In this document: positions 8,735-18,373 of the stretch, one piece after another
How positions within the stretch are numbered: position 1 is the first letter of the stretch
How the letters are laid out: each line of letters begins with the position of its first letter
NCBI GenBank assembly: GCA_041478155.1
Contig: JBGOVN010000001.1
Coordinates: forward strand, 1 to 24,062
Reading direction: 5' to 3'
Source: Bacteroidota bacterium
Lineage (GTDB): Bacteria > Bacteroidota > Ignavibacteria > UBA10030
Length of the DNA: 24,062 bases
Translations under genes and position numbers: made by a program
The notes under the pieces: model-generated
Told to the model about the DNA's origin: nothing
Databases searched by the model: none
Seen by the model: only the letters and a program-made list of their open reading frames with translations

Positions 8735-9857
8735 GCGGTTCTGGTTCTGCGATCCTGTGTCTTAACTCGACGGACATTGCTGTTAGAAGCAGTGGAAGAT
8801 AGACATTTTTGCGTAGATGAGCAATCGCAGCTTCAACGGCGGTCTGTGCTCCGAACAAATCGGCGCGAGGAAATTTACGCACAAAATTGTCTATGCTTAT
8901 CTGTTCGCTGTCCTCGGAGAGACGAATATCTCCTTCCCGCCGTATCAAAGCCTCCCGTAACCAAGCATGGAGAAGTTTTAACCAACGCTCGATGCCAAAC
9001 TTGTCATGTTCGGCAATGAGCTCATCGATAAGCATGCTCAATCGCACGCGCTGACCGCCGACGACCATGCGCAGGTAGTCCACGACAACAGCTCGGTCTT
9101 GAACCATGTCCTTCGAAAGTAAATCGCGCGCCGCCGAAAAGCTTCCTTCCGCCAGTCGTGACACAACTCTGGCTTGCGCAGGATCTGTCCCCTCCCTCTC
9201 GACCAGAGCACTCGCCAATTCATCATCGCTCAACGGATCACACTGTACGAGCTGACACCGAGAAATGATTGTGGGTAGAAGTCGTTCCTTGTCGGTCGTG
9301 GTGAGCAACAGCACGGTGTCCGCCAGCGGCTCCTCAAGTGTCTTGAGAAGGGAGTTGCTCGCTTCAGGGTTCATCTGGTCCGCGCCTGAAATGATAAAGA
9401 CTTTCCTTCCCCCTTCGAACTGTGTGAACGACGATTCTCGTTTGATGTCTCGAATGCTATTGATCTTAATGAATGTCCCTTTTGGAATTTCCACACGGTA
9501 GTACGGGTCGAGCGCTTTTAGTCTGAGTTCCTCCCGAACGGCTTCAATCTGGTCATCCGTCAGGATTGCGACGGGATCGTCCCCCTGCTTCTCCCCCTTC
9601 CCGACGGGAAGCGCAACAACGAATTTAATGTTTGGATGCCGGAAAGTGTCGGCCCTCTTGCAACTTGAACATTGATCGCATGCTTCGAGTTTCCCTGCCG
9701 TACAGTTCAATGTTTTGGCGAATTCCAGTGCGATTGCATCGGTCCCAAAACCTTCGCGACCAAAGAAGAGGTATGCGTGGGCGATCCTCTCGGTTTCGAG
9801 CGAACGGGTGAGAAGCGACTTCACGCGGCGTTGTCCGATGACGCGCGTCCAGCTCAT
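8718..9857 (-). CDS. holB: DNA polymerase III subunit delta'
   Basis: HAYLFFG, CDQCSSC Zn motif, HPN, ASNSLLKTLEEP, LLPTIISRCQ; GGAGG RBS; overlaps the metG start. Confidence 0.92.
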   Translation of the reverse strand: MSWTRVIGQRRVKSLLTRSLETERIAHAYLFFGREGFGTDAIALEFAKTLNCTAGKLEACDQCSSCKRADTFRHPNIKFVVALPVGKGEKQGDDPVAILTDDQIEAVREELRLKALDPYYRVEIPKGTFIKINSIRDIKRESSFTQFEGGRKVFIISGADQMNPEASNSLLKTLEEPLADTVLLLTTTDKERLLPTIISRCQLVQCDPLSDDELASALVEREGTDPAQARVVSRLAEGSFSAARDLLSKDMVQDRAVVVDYLRMVVGGQRVRLSMLIDELIAEHDKFGIERWLKLLHAWLREALIRREGDIRLSEDSEQISIDNFVRKFPRADLFGAQTAVEAAIAHLRKNVYLPLLLTAMSVELRHRIAEPEPHDTPL

Positions 9858-9866
9858 TTGTCCTCC

Positions 9867-11906
9867 CTAGAATGCATGGCCCACACCGAAATGCACAATC
9901 AGGCTCCCTCCTTGCTGCGTTATCCATCGTTGGTCCGGTGGTGCTGACGGGTCGTAGAGCTTTGTTCCAAAGTCGATGCGGATCGGCCCGGCAACGGTGT
10001 CGTATCGCAACCCAAACCCTGCGGCCATGGCAATCTCCGATACGGATATTTGCTTCGGTTCTGTCCAGATGTTCCCAAAATCATAGAATAGAACCACGGA
10101 GAATTTTTCCAAATCCAAGCTCAGGAATCTCCCCGCACCCCGCAGCGCGCTCCAGCGGCCTTCCAGACTCCCTTCTACCAGCGCATTTCCACCGAGGTCT
10201 GGGAATGGCACTGCACCGAGCTCACGGGCTTTCCAACCTCGAATGCTCCCGCTTCCTCCAACGAAGAACTTTTCGGTCAACGGCAGGTCAACCTGCGAAT
10301 CTCCATACAACCATGCGGTACCCCACTTCAATTTCGCCGCCCAAATCCAGTTTCGTCTTCCGGTCGGATCCCAATACCATTGTCCGAGACCGAAGATCTT
10401 TATGTATTGCGAATACGGGATATTCGTGCCGAACAGGCCCCCGAAGGTGCGGGGCAGCGTACCGGCCTCCTGGATCGATAGGGAATGGAAGAATCCGTCC
10501 GAGGGATAGAAGAGATCGTTCCTCTTATCCCGTTGCACTGTGAGCGTGATGATAGAGTTGAATTGCCGAGTATAATTCTCGATACGCTCGAGACTCTGCT
10601 GCGTCGTGACACTCGTCGGATCTTCGCGCCTCAAGTCCCAGTCGAGAAACGCTCTTGTATACGTGCCGGTTTGCGCGGTCACGGTAATCCTCGTATTGAG
10701 GACGGTGGAATAGAATGCAGGTCGCTTATCGAGCGTGTAGGAAAAAGTACCGCCAATGGTGGTTTTGTTATTCACAAAATAGGGTTGAAGGAGCGCCATG
10801 GAAAATTCAAGCTTTGAAACAAGCAGGCTGTCCTGCAATCCCGATTTCGCAAAGATGCTGTTCAGTCTGGCATTTTCAATCGATTGAAGGCTGTAACGTG
10901 TCCGCGTGAGAAAATTTCGGGCCCCTCCAAAAAAGTTTCGGTTGTTGTAACCGATACCCGTCAGTATGTTCAGCGCGTTGTCCTGGTCGTTGATGCCAAT
11001 CTCCGGCGTCAGCTCCTGGAAAGGTCGGGGTCGGACGACGATACGCGTGGGTATTTCCAGATTGTCCGGAGAGGGATTTGATACGACGTTCTCGATTTTT
11101 GATGCTTCAAAAATACCGAGCCGGCTCAGATTTCGCTCACTGTCCGTTTTCTTTAACTCACTGTAGAAGTCTCCTTTTTCATAATCCAGATGACGCAGCA
11201 CGACCGTGGTATCGATCCGCTCTGACACAACGGTATCCTGTCGGACGGAGATGTCGCCGAAGAGATAACGCTTACCGGGCGTGAAGGAAAGTACAATGGA
11301 AAAATTGTTCGTAGATGCGTAACCATTTGCGACCAATGGCGTGTCGACCTTTGCGTTGACGTATCCGTTGTTGGCAAATGTTTTCACGATGCGCGCTACT
11401 TCCGCTTCCACGTTTGCAGGTATAAAGGGTTGGTGCACTTCGACAAGCTTATTCGACTGTAGGTCGTCAAACAAGTCAACGGGCAAATCCTTGAGTCCCC
11501 GGTATTCAATGGTGTCGATGAACGACCGCGGGCCCTCCCGAATATAAAATTTCAGATAGAGTTCCCTGCTGTCGGCTCGTATCTCGACGGTCGTGTCGAT
11601 CTTTGCGTGGTAAAAACCCTGGTCCTTGTAGAACGCAGCGAGGAGGAGGTCATCGGAGGCAAAGACGATCGGATCGAACAACTCAGGTTTGTAACCGAGT
11701 TTCTCGCTGAGATTTCTGTAAATAAATTTCCACAGCCACGACGGCGTCTCGCGGGTCCTCAAGGTGTTCAGGATTTGACTGTCGGTTATTTCCTTGTTTC
11801 CCTGAAGCTCAAGACCTGCAACTTCGTACGTGCGGAGGTCTTCCTGCGCACGCGCCAACCCGGCAAGACTCGCCAGCAACACCATGACTACAGCAATTGT
11901 TCGCAT
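9867..11906 (-). CDS. BamA/TamA (Omp85) family outer-membrane protein with ~3 POTRA domains
   Basis: Signal peptide, POTRA-like repeats, N.FGG, FFVGGSGSIRGW, GFGLRYDT..GPIRIDFG, C-terminal GHAF. ATG at 11906 preferred over TTG at 11918. Confidence 0.88.
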   Translation of the reverse strand: MRTIAVVMVLLASLAGLARAQEDLRTYEVAGLELQGNKEITDSQILNTLRTRETPSWLWKFIYRNLSEKLGYKPELFDPIVFASDDLLLAAFYKDQGFYHAKIDTTVEIRADSRELYLKFYIREGPRSFIDTIEYRGLKDLPVDLFDDLQSNKLVEVHQPFIPANVEAEVARIVKTFANNGYVNAKVDTPLVANGYASTNNFSIVLSFTPGKRYLFGDISVRQDTVVSERIDTTVVLRHLDYEKGDFYSELKKTDSERNLSRLGIFEASKIENVVSNPSPDNLEIPTRIVVRPRPFQELTPEIGINDQDNALNILTGIGYNNRNFFGGARNFLTRTRYSLQSIENARLNSIFAKSGLQDSLLVSKLEFSMALLQPYFVNNKTTIGGTFSYTLDKRPAFYSTVLNTRITVTAQTGTYTRAFLDWDLRREDPTSVTTQQSLERIENYTRQFNSIITLTVQRDKRNDLFYPSDGFFHSLSIQEAGTLPRTFGGLFGTNIPYSQYIKIFGLGQWYWDPTGRRNWIWAAKLKWGTAWLYGDSQVDLPLTEKFFVGGSGSIRGWKARELGAVPFPDLGGNALVEGSLEGRWSALRGAGRFLSLDLEKFSVVLFYDFGNIWTEPKQISVSEIAMAAGFGLRYDTVAGPIRIDFGTKLYDPSAPPDQRWITQQGGSLIVHFGVGHAF

Positions 11907-11920
11907 GAATTCTTTCAACT

Positions 11921-11954
11921 AAAAAAAAACCCAGCAAAACGATGCTGGGCTTTT
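11921..11954 (-). terminator. Intrinsic terminator downstream of DUF2795
   Basis: Minus strand CCCAGCA-tcgttt-TGCTGGG followed by T9. Confidence 0.8.
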
Positions 11955-12018
11955 CAAGGCAGTGTTGGTCACTCTCTGCAAGTCGGGTCGACTTTACCAG
12001 AATAGAAGCAACAATATC

Positions 12019-12243
12019 TCAGTATTCTTTGTCGTCTTCGAAAAAGAAGTCCTCATCCGTCGGATAGTCCGGCCAGATCTCCTCGATACTTTCGTAAGGT
12101 TCGTCCGTATCCTCAAGTTCTTCGAGGTTTTGTATAACCTGTGTACGAGCTCCTGTCCGAACTGCATAGTCAATCAACTCATCCTTCGTCGCAGGCCAGG
12201 GCGCATCATCGAGATACGACGCGAGCTCGATCGTCCAAATCAT
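12019..12243 (-). CDS. DUF2795 domain small acidic protein
   Basis: MIWTIELASYLDDAPWPATKDELIDYAVRTGA...YESIEEIWPDYPTDEDFFF matches my recollection of the Bacteroidota/Chlorobi DUF2795 pattern; AAGGAG RBS. Confidence 0.85.
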   Translation of the reverse strand: MIWTIELASYLDDAPWPATKDELIDYAVRTGARTQVIQNLEELEDTDEPYESIEEIWPDYPTDEDFFFEDDKEY

Positions 12244-12293
12244 CGTTCCCATACTCCTTTGCCAATTCGCCACCTTTTCCTCTTTCCAACAAC

Positions 12294-13241
12294 TTAGTCT
12301 GTCGGTTGGACGTGGTACTTGATCTCTTGATAATTAATATCGTCGAAGAAATAATTCAGAGGTTCTTGTGCAACGCCGTTCAAGCGGACTTCGTAATGCA
12401 AATGCGGACCGGTCGACAGGCCTGTACTTCCACAACGTCCGATCATCTCGCCACGTTTCACTTGTTGACCATCCCGGACGAGTGCCTTTGACAGATGCGC
12501 GTAACGCGTTTTGTATGAATAACCATGGTCGACGAGAATCGACAGCCCAAATCCGGCGTCTCGACCGGAAAACTTCACCACGCCGTCGGCCGATGCGTAA
12601 ATCGGAGTCCCGATATCGTTCGCAATGTCGATACCCTCGTGCGGTGTGTAAATATTCAAAATCGGATGCAGCCGGACGCCGATACCCCTCTTGGAAAAAT
12701 ACCCTTCCATCGGCTTGATTGCAGGCAGATGGGAGTATCGATCTTTATTCTGGGTGTACGTTCTCTCGACCTCTGTATAGCTTGTGTACTGCAGTTGCAG
12801 CTCTTTTTCCGTTTTCGTGACACTCGTTCGCAGACTGTTCAGCAGATCATTCAGGTCTGTCGATGAGGAGAAATCTATTCGATTATCAGATCCTCCGATA
12901 CCCGCCTTCCGCACGTCTTCGTCTATTCTGGGGAGGTCAGCCATCAATCGTAGTTCATTCGCCTTGTCGTTGAGTGCCGTTAATTTCTTCTCCAAGCTCT
13001 GGACCTTCACGGAGGCAAATCGCAATTGTTCCTTCAGGATTCTATTTTCATTGACAACAACATCCGTCTGAACGAAACCAAGGCCAAGGACGTCACCATA
13101 TCGCTGGTTGACCTGAATGACCACCCACAAAAGGCAAGCTCCTATGCAGAGACCCATGGCAAGCAACCGCATTCTGGCCCAGCGAACGACCTTAAGACTG
13201 AGCGAATCGTGGGAGTAGTAATAGAGTAAGGGTCGTTTCAT
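12294..13241 (-). CDS. M23 family metallopeptidase (membrane anchor + coiled coil + LytM domain)
   Basis: HEGIDIA (HxxxD), YAHL, STGPHLHYEV (HxH); N-terminal TM helix and coiled coil; start at MKRPLL preferred. Confidence 0.93.
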   Translation of the reverse strand: MKRPLLYYYSHDSLSLKVVRWARMRLLAMGLCIGACLLWVVIQVNQRYGDVLGLGFVQTDVVVNENRILKEQLRFASVKVQSLEKKLTALNDKANELRLMADLPRIDEDVRKAGIGGSDNRIDFSSSTDLNDLLNSLRTSVTKTEKELQLQYTSYTEVERTYTQNKDRYSHLPAIKPMEGYFSKRGIGVRLHPILNIYTPHEGIDIANDIGTPIYASADGVVKFSGRDAGFGLSILVDHGYSYKTRYAHLSKALVRDGQQVKRGEMIGRCGSTGLSTGPHLHYEVRLNGVAQEPLNYFFDDINYQEIKYHVQPTD

Positions 13242-13283
13242 TGCCTTATTGTGAAAATATTGAAGTGCTAAAAATGTTCCGGG

Positions 13284-13312
13284 AAAATAGGTAATATTTG
13301 AGGTTTTGTCAA
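13284..13312 (-). promoter_or_regulatory. Sigma70-type promoter for the M23 peptidase/DUF2795 unit
   Basis: TTGACA-17 nt-TATTTT. Confidence 0.7.
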
Positions 13313-13325
13313 GAAGGAAGCTCAA

Positions 13326-14333
13326 CTATTCGAAATCGTGTTCGAAGTAGTCTATAACCCTTTTTCCCTTCGATTTTTCTGCGATGGCTGCGTCGAGGCG
13401 CCTCGAGAACTCCCGTGCGGCGTCATAACCATAATGTTTGAGCAGGTAGTCAAGGGCTATGACTTCGACAATAACAGTGATATTCTTTCCCGGGAAGATC
13501 GGTAATTTGATGTGGGGAATTTCGACGCCGAGAATGGAGATATTTTCATGGTCCAGGCCCGTCCGTGTGTATTCGACGTCCTGACGCCATTCCTGCAGTT
13601 CGACGATGATTTCAACGCGTTTTTGGAACCGTATCGAGCGAATGCCGAAGATTGACCGCACGTCGATGAGTCCGAGTCCCCGTATCTCCATGAAATGTTT
13701 GACCATGTCGGAGCCGGCTCCAATCAGGATTCCTTCCCCTTTTCGCGTGACCATAACAACATCGTCCGCAACAAGACGGTGACCCCGTTCTATAAGGTCG
13801 AGTGCGATTTCACTTTTGCCGATTCCGGACCGCCCCGTCATCAACACACCGATACCATAAACGTCGATGAATGAGCCGTGAACGGCAGTCTGCGGAGCGA
13901 ATTGATCGTCGAGAAAATCGCTCAGAAAATACAAGAACTTTGTCGATTCGAACGGCGTTTCGAAGACAGCCACGTTGTGCTCGGTTGCAATCGCAACCAA
14001 CTCTTCATCGAGAGAGTTTCCGTTCGTCACGATGATACACGGGAGGTCGAATTTGAATATTGTTTTAAACGTCTTGACCCGCTCGGCAAGCGTGAGATGA
14101 CTTAAGTAACGGATTTCGGTGTTGCCAAAGACCTGCACGCGGTCGTACGTGAACAATTCGACGTATCCCGCCAGAGCGAGACCGGGTCGGTGGATATTCT
14201 TATCCCGCACTTCTTTCCCGAAACCCACCTCACCGTTCCTTGTCTCCAGCTTCAACCGGTTCTTGTTCGCTTCGAACAAATACCCAACCGTGATGCTCTT
14301 CTTCCGCGTCTCTTTAAAATGGTCAAGACCCAT
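13326..14333 (-). CDS. hprK: HPr kinase/phosphorylase
   Basis: IHRPGLALAG, VHGSFIDVYGIGVLMTGRSGIGKSE (Walker A), LVADDVV, MEIRGLGLID, PGKNI. Confidence 0.97.
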   Translation of the reverse strand: MGLDHFKETRKKSITVGYLFEANKNRLKLETRNGEVGFGKEVRDKNIHRPGLALAGYVELFTYDRVQVFGNTEIRYLSHLTLAERVKTFKTIFKFDLPCIIVTNGNSLDEELVAIATEHNVAVFETPFESTKFLYFLSDFLDDQFAPQTAVHGSFIDVYGIGVLMTGRSGIGKSEIALDLIERGHRLVADDVVMVTRKGEGILIGAGSDMVKHFMEIRGLGLIDVRSIFGIRSIRFQKRVEIIVELQEWRQDVEYTRTGLDHENISILGVEIPHIKLPIFPGKNITVIVEVIALDYLLKHYGYDAAREFSRRLDAAIAEKSKGKRVIDYFEHDFE

Positions 14334-14353
14334 AGGTGTTCATCCTTGCCGCA

Positions 14354-14686
14354 TCAAATTTTTTCGAGAATCTGGCGGACTTTTCTGCGGTCCTTTGCAT
14401 GGAGTTTCTCTTTGTATTTCAGGAGTCGAACAAGAACCTTCGCCGTCGCTGCATCGATGGACTTGAAGAAGTCAGCGCTCTTCGCATTGCTGGTAAGTGT
14501 CGCATTGTACACTCCGATGGTAACCTCTGCAATCTTCACGCTGTCGTGCGCACGTTCATAACTCAGTATGACATTTGCCTTCACAATGCCGTCGTAATAG
14601 CGAGTGAGCGTCTCAACCGAACGTTCCGCGTATTCGCTCAAGGATTTATGGCCTTTGAAATGCCTGCAGGTTACATGGACCGTTAA
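14354..14686 (-). CDS. raiA: Ribosome hibernation promoting factor (HPF/RaiA, short form); start codon uncertain
   Basis: VHVTCRHFKGHKSLSEYAE...AEVTI...DFFKSIDAA..K..VRLLKYKEKL. The conserved N-terminal strand (TxRHF) lies upstream of the TTG at 14641 used by the ORF track. Confidence 0.85.
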   Translation of the reverse strand, partial: LTVHVTCRHFKGHKSLSEYAERSVETLTRYYDGIVKANVILSYERAHDSVKIAEVTIGVYNATLTSNAKSADFFKSIDAATAKVLVRLLKYKEKLHAKDRRKVRQILEKI

Positions 14687-14734
14687 CGTGGCCTTTCCTT
14701 TCTCGTTGTCGGTTGACTTCGTTCCGGGCCCGTG

Positions 14735-15622
14735 TCAGGCTTTCGGATGAGACGCGTCGTATACTTTCTTCATGTGCGCCGTTGATACGTGGGTGTAGAC
14801 TTGCGTCGTCGAGAGGCTCTCATGGCCCAGGAGTTCCTTCACAGCCCTGAGGTCTGCTCCCCTGTTGAGCAAGTGCGTCGCGAATGAATGCCTGATCACA
14901 TGTGGACTCTTTTTCTCCACTTCAGAGACTCTCGCAATGTATTTTCGTACGACTCTGCCGACGGCCTGAGGATAGATTCTTCCTCCCCCTGAAGCCAGGA
15001 ACAGGGGGTCTGAGGCATGGAGGCCTCCCGGATGACGCTCACGCCAACGGAGATAACGTTCGGCAGCCGAGAGCGCCTTACGACCGACTGGTACGACACG
15101 CTCCTTCCGCCCTTTACCCCGAACCTTGAGCGTCCCACCCGGACGGCGAATATCGGCCACGGACAATGAAATGAGCTCGGCGAGCCGTATCCCGGTGGAA
15201 TAGAACAACTCAAGAATAGCGGCATCCCGACAACCGTTCTCAGTCGCGATGTCCGGCTCCTCCAGGATTTTCAGCATTGCGTCTTCATCGAGAAAACTCG
15301 GTAGAGGTTTTTCGGCTTTCGGCGTCACAAGACGCAGGGTCGGGTTTGTCCCGATCACGCGTTGCTTCTTCAGATATTTGAAGAACGAGCGAAGAGAGGC
15401 AATTTTTCTTGCGATCGATCGCTTCTGCAGGCCTGCATCGAACAAGGTCCCGATAAACGCCCGCAGCGTTTCTTTGTCGACGCCGGCGGGCAACGTTATG
15501 CTCTCACGTTGCAAGAACAAGAGAAATTGCTGCAAGTCGGTGCCGTACGACTCGATCGTCATCGGAGCATAGTTCCGTTCGGCGTCCAGGTACTCAAGAT
15601 ATTTTCGAACAAGAAGTTGCAT
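14735..15622 (-). CDS. xerC: Tyrosine recombinase XerC
   Basis: YSTGIRLAEL, VRGKGRKER, SPHVIRHSFATHLL..GADLRAVKELLGH.SLSTTQVY (R-K-H-R-H-Y intact); topA-xerC-hpf context. Confidence 0.9.
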   Translation of the reverse strand: MQLLVRKYLEYLDAERNYAPMTIESYGTDLQQFLLFLQRESITLPAGVDKETLRAFIGTLFDAGLQKRSIARKIASLRSFFKYLKKQRVIGTNPTLRLVTPKAEKPLPSFLDEDAMLKILEEPDIATENGCRDAAILELFYSTGIRLAELISLSVADIRRPGGTLKVRGKGRKERVVPVGRKALSAAERYLRWRERHPGGLHASDPLFLASGGGRIYPQAVGRVVRKYIARVSEVEKKSPHVIRHSFATHLLNRGADLRAVKELLGHESLSTTQVYTHVSTAHMKKVYDASHPKA

Positions 15623-15644
15623 GGGATTGAAGGCGCGGGGCGGC

Positions 15645-17903
15645 TTACGCGGGGATTGCCACTTCTTCTTTGATGACTTCGTTTTTGCACGATGGACAGA
15701 TCAAATACTCCCCTTTCGCCTGAGAGTACTTCATGACGACATAGGGATTGGCGCACGAAGGGCAAACTTGATTGACGGGTTTGTCCCATGATGCAAAATC
15801 GCAAGCCGGATATTTTGAGCACCCGTAAAATGTTCTTTTTCCTTTTTTTGTCTTCCGCGCAATCAAGTCCCCTTCCTTGCACTTTGGACACTTAATTCCC
15901 ATCGAAATAGGCTTCGTGTTCCTGCATGTGGGATAATTGGAACATCCCAGAAACGTCCCGAACCGACCCCCCTTCACAACCATGTCGCCGCCGCACAGTT
16001 CGCATTTCCCGCCAACCACTCGTTGGTGTTTTTCCTGGTCCTCTGCAAGAGGCTTTGTGTTTTTGCACCCGGGGTACCCGGTGCACGCCATGAACCTGCC
16101 ATTTCGTCCCCATTTAATAACCATCGGGCGTCCGCACAGCTCGCAGATTTCCTTCGTCTCCTCCTGGAGCGACTTCTTGATATTCGATGCTATGCTCGAA
16201 GCTTTTTCAACTGCATGATGAAAGGGCTCGTAGAAATCCTTCATCACCTTCAAGTACTCCTGTTTGCCGGACGCTATCGTATCAAGTTCTTCTTCCATTC
16301 GTGCAGTGAACTGGACATTGAAAATTTCAGGGAAGTGCTTTGTCAATAACACGTTAACCTGCAACCCCAATTCTGTCGCATACAACTTCCGTTCCCTTTG
16401 TTCAACGTAATTCCTATCGATGACGGTACTGACGATCAGTGCGTACGTGCTCGGCCGTCCGATCCCGAGTGATTCAAGCTCCTTGACCAGACTGCTTTCC
16501 GAAAATCGGCCGGGAGGTTTTGTGAAATGTTGTCTCGGTATGATATCACTCAGTCTGGTCCTCTGCCCGGCAGCAACACTTTGGGGGATCCGCGAGGTCG
16601 GGTCTGCGTCCTCCTGTTCGACTGAACTCTCTTCCTCTGTATCGTCGTAGACCTGGAGAAATCCGCGGAATGTCGGAATCTGGTCACTTGCGCGGAACAA
16701 ATACTCACCGCCTGTCACTTCGACCGAAATTTGCTCAAACACAGCTGGCACCATTTGGCAGGCGACAAACCGGTTCCAGATCAATTCATACAACGCAAAC
16801 ATGTCCTTCTCGAGATACTTCTTCACAGCCTTTGGCGGCAGCTTAACCGAGGTCGGACGAATCGCCTCGTGAGCATCCTGCGACGACTTCCCTTTCTTGA
16901 AAAGCCGTGCTTCCTTCGGAACGTATTCCTTACCATAGTTATTGTAAATGTACTCCCGTACGTGTGTAACCGCTTCTTCGCTCAAGCGAGTGGAGTCGGT
17001 TCGCATATAGGTGATGAGCCCTGTCGGCCCTTCCTCGCCAATTTCTACGCCTTCATACAGCTTTTGGGCGAGCATCATCGTTCGCTTGGCGGAGAACCGA
17101 AGCCGGCGGGCGGCTTCCTGCTGGAGTGTGCTCGTTATGAACGGCGGGAGAGGGTTGCGTTTAACCGGTTTTCGCTGGACTCCCGAAATTTCATACTGGT
17201 GCTTTTTGATATCGGACACGTACCCGGTCGCTGTCGTTTCATCCGGCACCCGGGGGTCCTCCCCCGCAACCTTTGCGAGCTTCGCAAGGAACTTTTCCTC
17301 CGACGGAGTCTCGAATTCCGCCGTCACCGACCAATATTCCACAGGCTTGAAGCTGCGAATCGCCAGCTCTCGCTCACAAATGATCCGAACCGTGACCGAT
17401 TGTACTCTTCCTGCGGAAAGGCCGTAATACATCGTTTTCCACACAAACGGAGTGACTTTGTACCCCACGATGCGATCCATTGCACGGCGCGCCTGCTGTG
17501 ACATTACGAGGTTCGCATCAATTTTCTTCGGATGCGACATTCCATCCCGTACTCCGTCCGCCGTAATTTCATGAAAGAGGACGCGCTTAATACTCTTGTT
17601 CACGGTCCTGACTTCGTCCGCAATGTGAGCCGCAATCGCCTCCCCCTCACGGTCGGGGTCTGTCGCAATATAGACGGTCTTGGATTTCGATGCCTTGTCC
17701 CTCAGTTTCTCCAACACGCTCTCTTTTCCCTCAATCGTCTCGTACACGACCTCGAACCCGTTGTCCACGTCAACGCTCAGTTTGCTCTTCGGGAGATTTT
17801 TCACGTGTCCGACAGAGGCCTCGACCATGTAGTCTTTTCCCAAGTACTTATTGATCGTCTTGGCTTTCGATGGAGACTCAACGATGACTAAGGATTTTTC
17901 CAT
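15645..17903 (-). CDS. topA: DNA topoisomerase I with C-terminal Zn ribbons
   Basis: LVIVESPSKAKTI, ATDPDREGEAI, SAGRVQS, LITYMRTDS (catalytic Tyr), AHEAIRPT, GIGRPSTYA, four C4 ribbons. Confidence 0.98.
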   Translation of the reverse strand: MEKSLVIVESPSKAKTINKYLGKDYMVEASVGHVKNLPKSKLSVDVDNGFEVVYETIEGKESVLEKLRDKASKSKTVYIATDPDREGEAIAAHIADEVRTVNKSIKRVLFHEITADGVRDGMSHPKKIDANLVMSQQARRAMDRIVGYKVTPFVWKTMYYGLSAGRVQSVTVRIICERELAIRSFKPVEYWSVTAEFETPSEEKFLAKLAKVAGEDPRVPDETTATGYVSDIKKHQYEISGVQRKPVKRNPLPPFITSTLQQEAARRLRFSAKRTMMLAQKLYEGVEIGEEGPTGLITYMRTDSTRLSEEAVTHVREYIYNNYGKEYVPKEARLFKKGKSSQDAHEAIRPTSVKLPPKAVKKYLEKDMFALYELIWNRFVACQMVPAVFEQISVEVTGGEYLFRASDQIPTFRGFLQVYDDTEEESSVEQEDADPTSRIPQSVAAGQRTRLSDIIPRQHFTKPPGRFSESSLVKELESLGIGRPSTYALIVSTVIDRNYVEQRERKLYATELGLQVNVLLTKHFPEIFNVQFTARMEEELDTIASGKQEYLKVMKDFYEPFHHAVEKASSIASNIKKSLQEETKEICELCGRPMVIKWGRNGRFMACTGYPGCKNTKPLAEDQEKHQRVVGGKCELCGGDMVVKGGRFGTFLGCSNYPTCRNTKPISMGIKCPKCKEGDLIARKTKKGKRTFYGCSKYPACDFASWDKPVNQVCPSCANPYVVMKYSQAKGEYLICPSCKNEVIKEEVAIPA

Positions 17904-17920
17904 TCTTCTCAGTTAAAAAC

Positions 17921-18373
17921 CTAATGAATCGAATCGTTGTTTCCCAGGGAGATATGACTGGCCCCGGGGGAGCTTTGTCCATCGAACAAAAGACCTGCAA
18001 CGAATGATTTGACCTCCGGCAAACCGATGCGTGAAAAACCAGCCGCCATGATCCGTTCGATGATCGTTTCGATGTCGTTATTGGTCAGCAAGCTCAACTG
18101 TCGGCACTGAAGCAAGTAGCCGTAGGCTTCGGGGTCGATGACCATTATCTCGGCGTTATTCAGAATTCGATGCGAGTCGTTTCTGCTTTCGGAAGGGGGA
18201 ACCAAAGCCTGACCGGCAGAGATGCGCTCGAACACCCAGGAGAATGCAGTGGAAATCTCAGTTTGCGTGTAACCGTCCCGTGTGAGCGAGGTTACATCAA
18301 CGTCGCTCAACTGCTTGTTCGAGTTGAGCTCGTTGACCAGGTATACTATGATTTCGACGATTCGTTCTTGCAT
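17921..18373 (-). CDS. smg: DUF494 / Smg family protein
   Basis: MQERIVEIIVYL...L...GY...EI..AFSW..E; RIL...E; smg-topA adjacency. Confidence 0.8.
   Translation of the reverse strand: MQERIVEIIVYLVNELNSNKQLSDVDVTSLTRDGYTQTEISTAFSWVFERISAGQALVPPSESRNDSHRILNNAEIMVIDPEAYGYLLQCRQLSLLTNNDIETIIERIMAAGFSRIGLPEVKSFVAGLLFDGQSSPGASHISLGNNDSIH

Noticed and set aside
14735-15622. Tyrosine recombinase as a prophage or island integrase
   Set aside because: XerC length, motifs and the topA-xerC-hpf context; no att repeats or cargo genes, and no dif site seen
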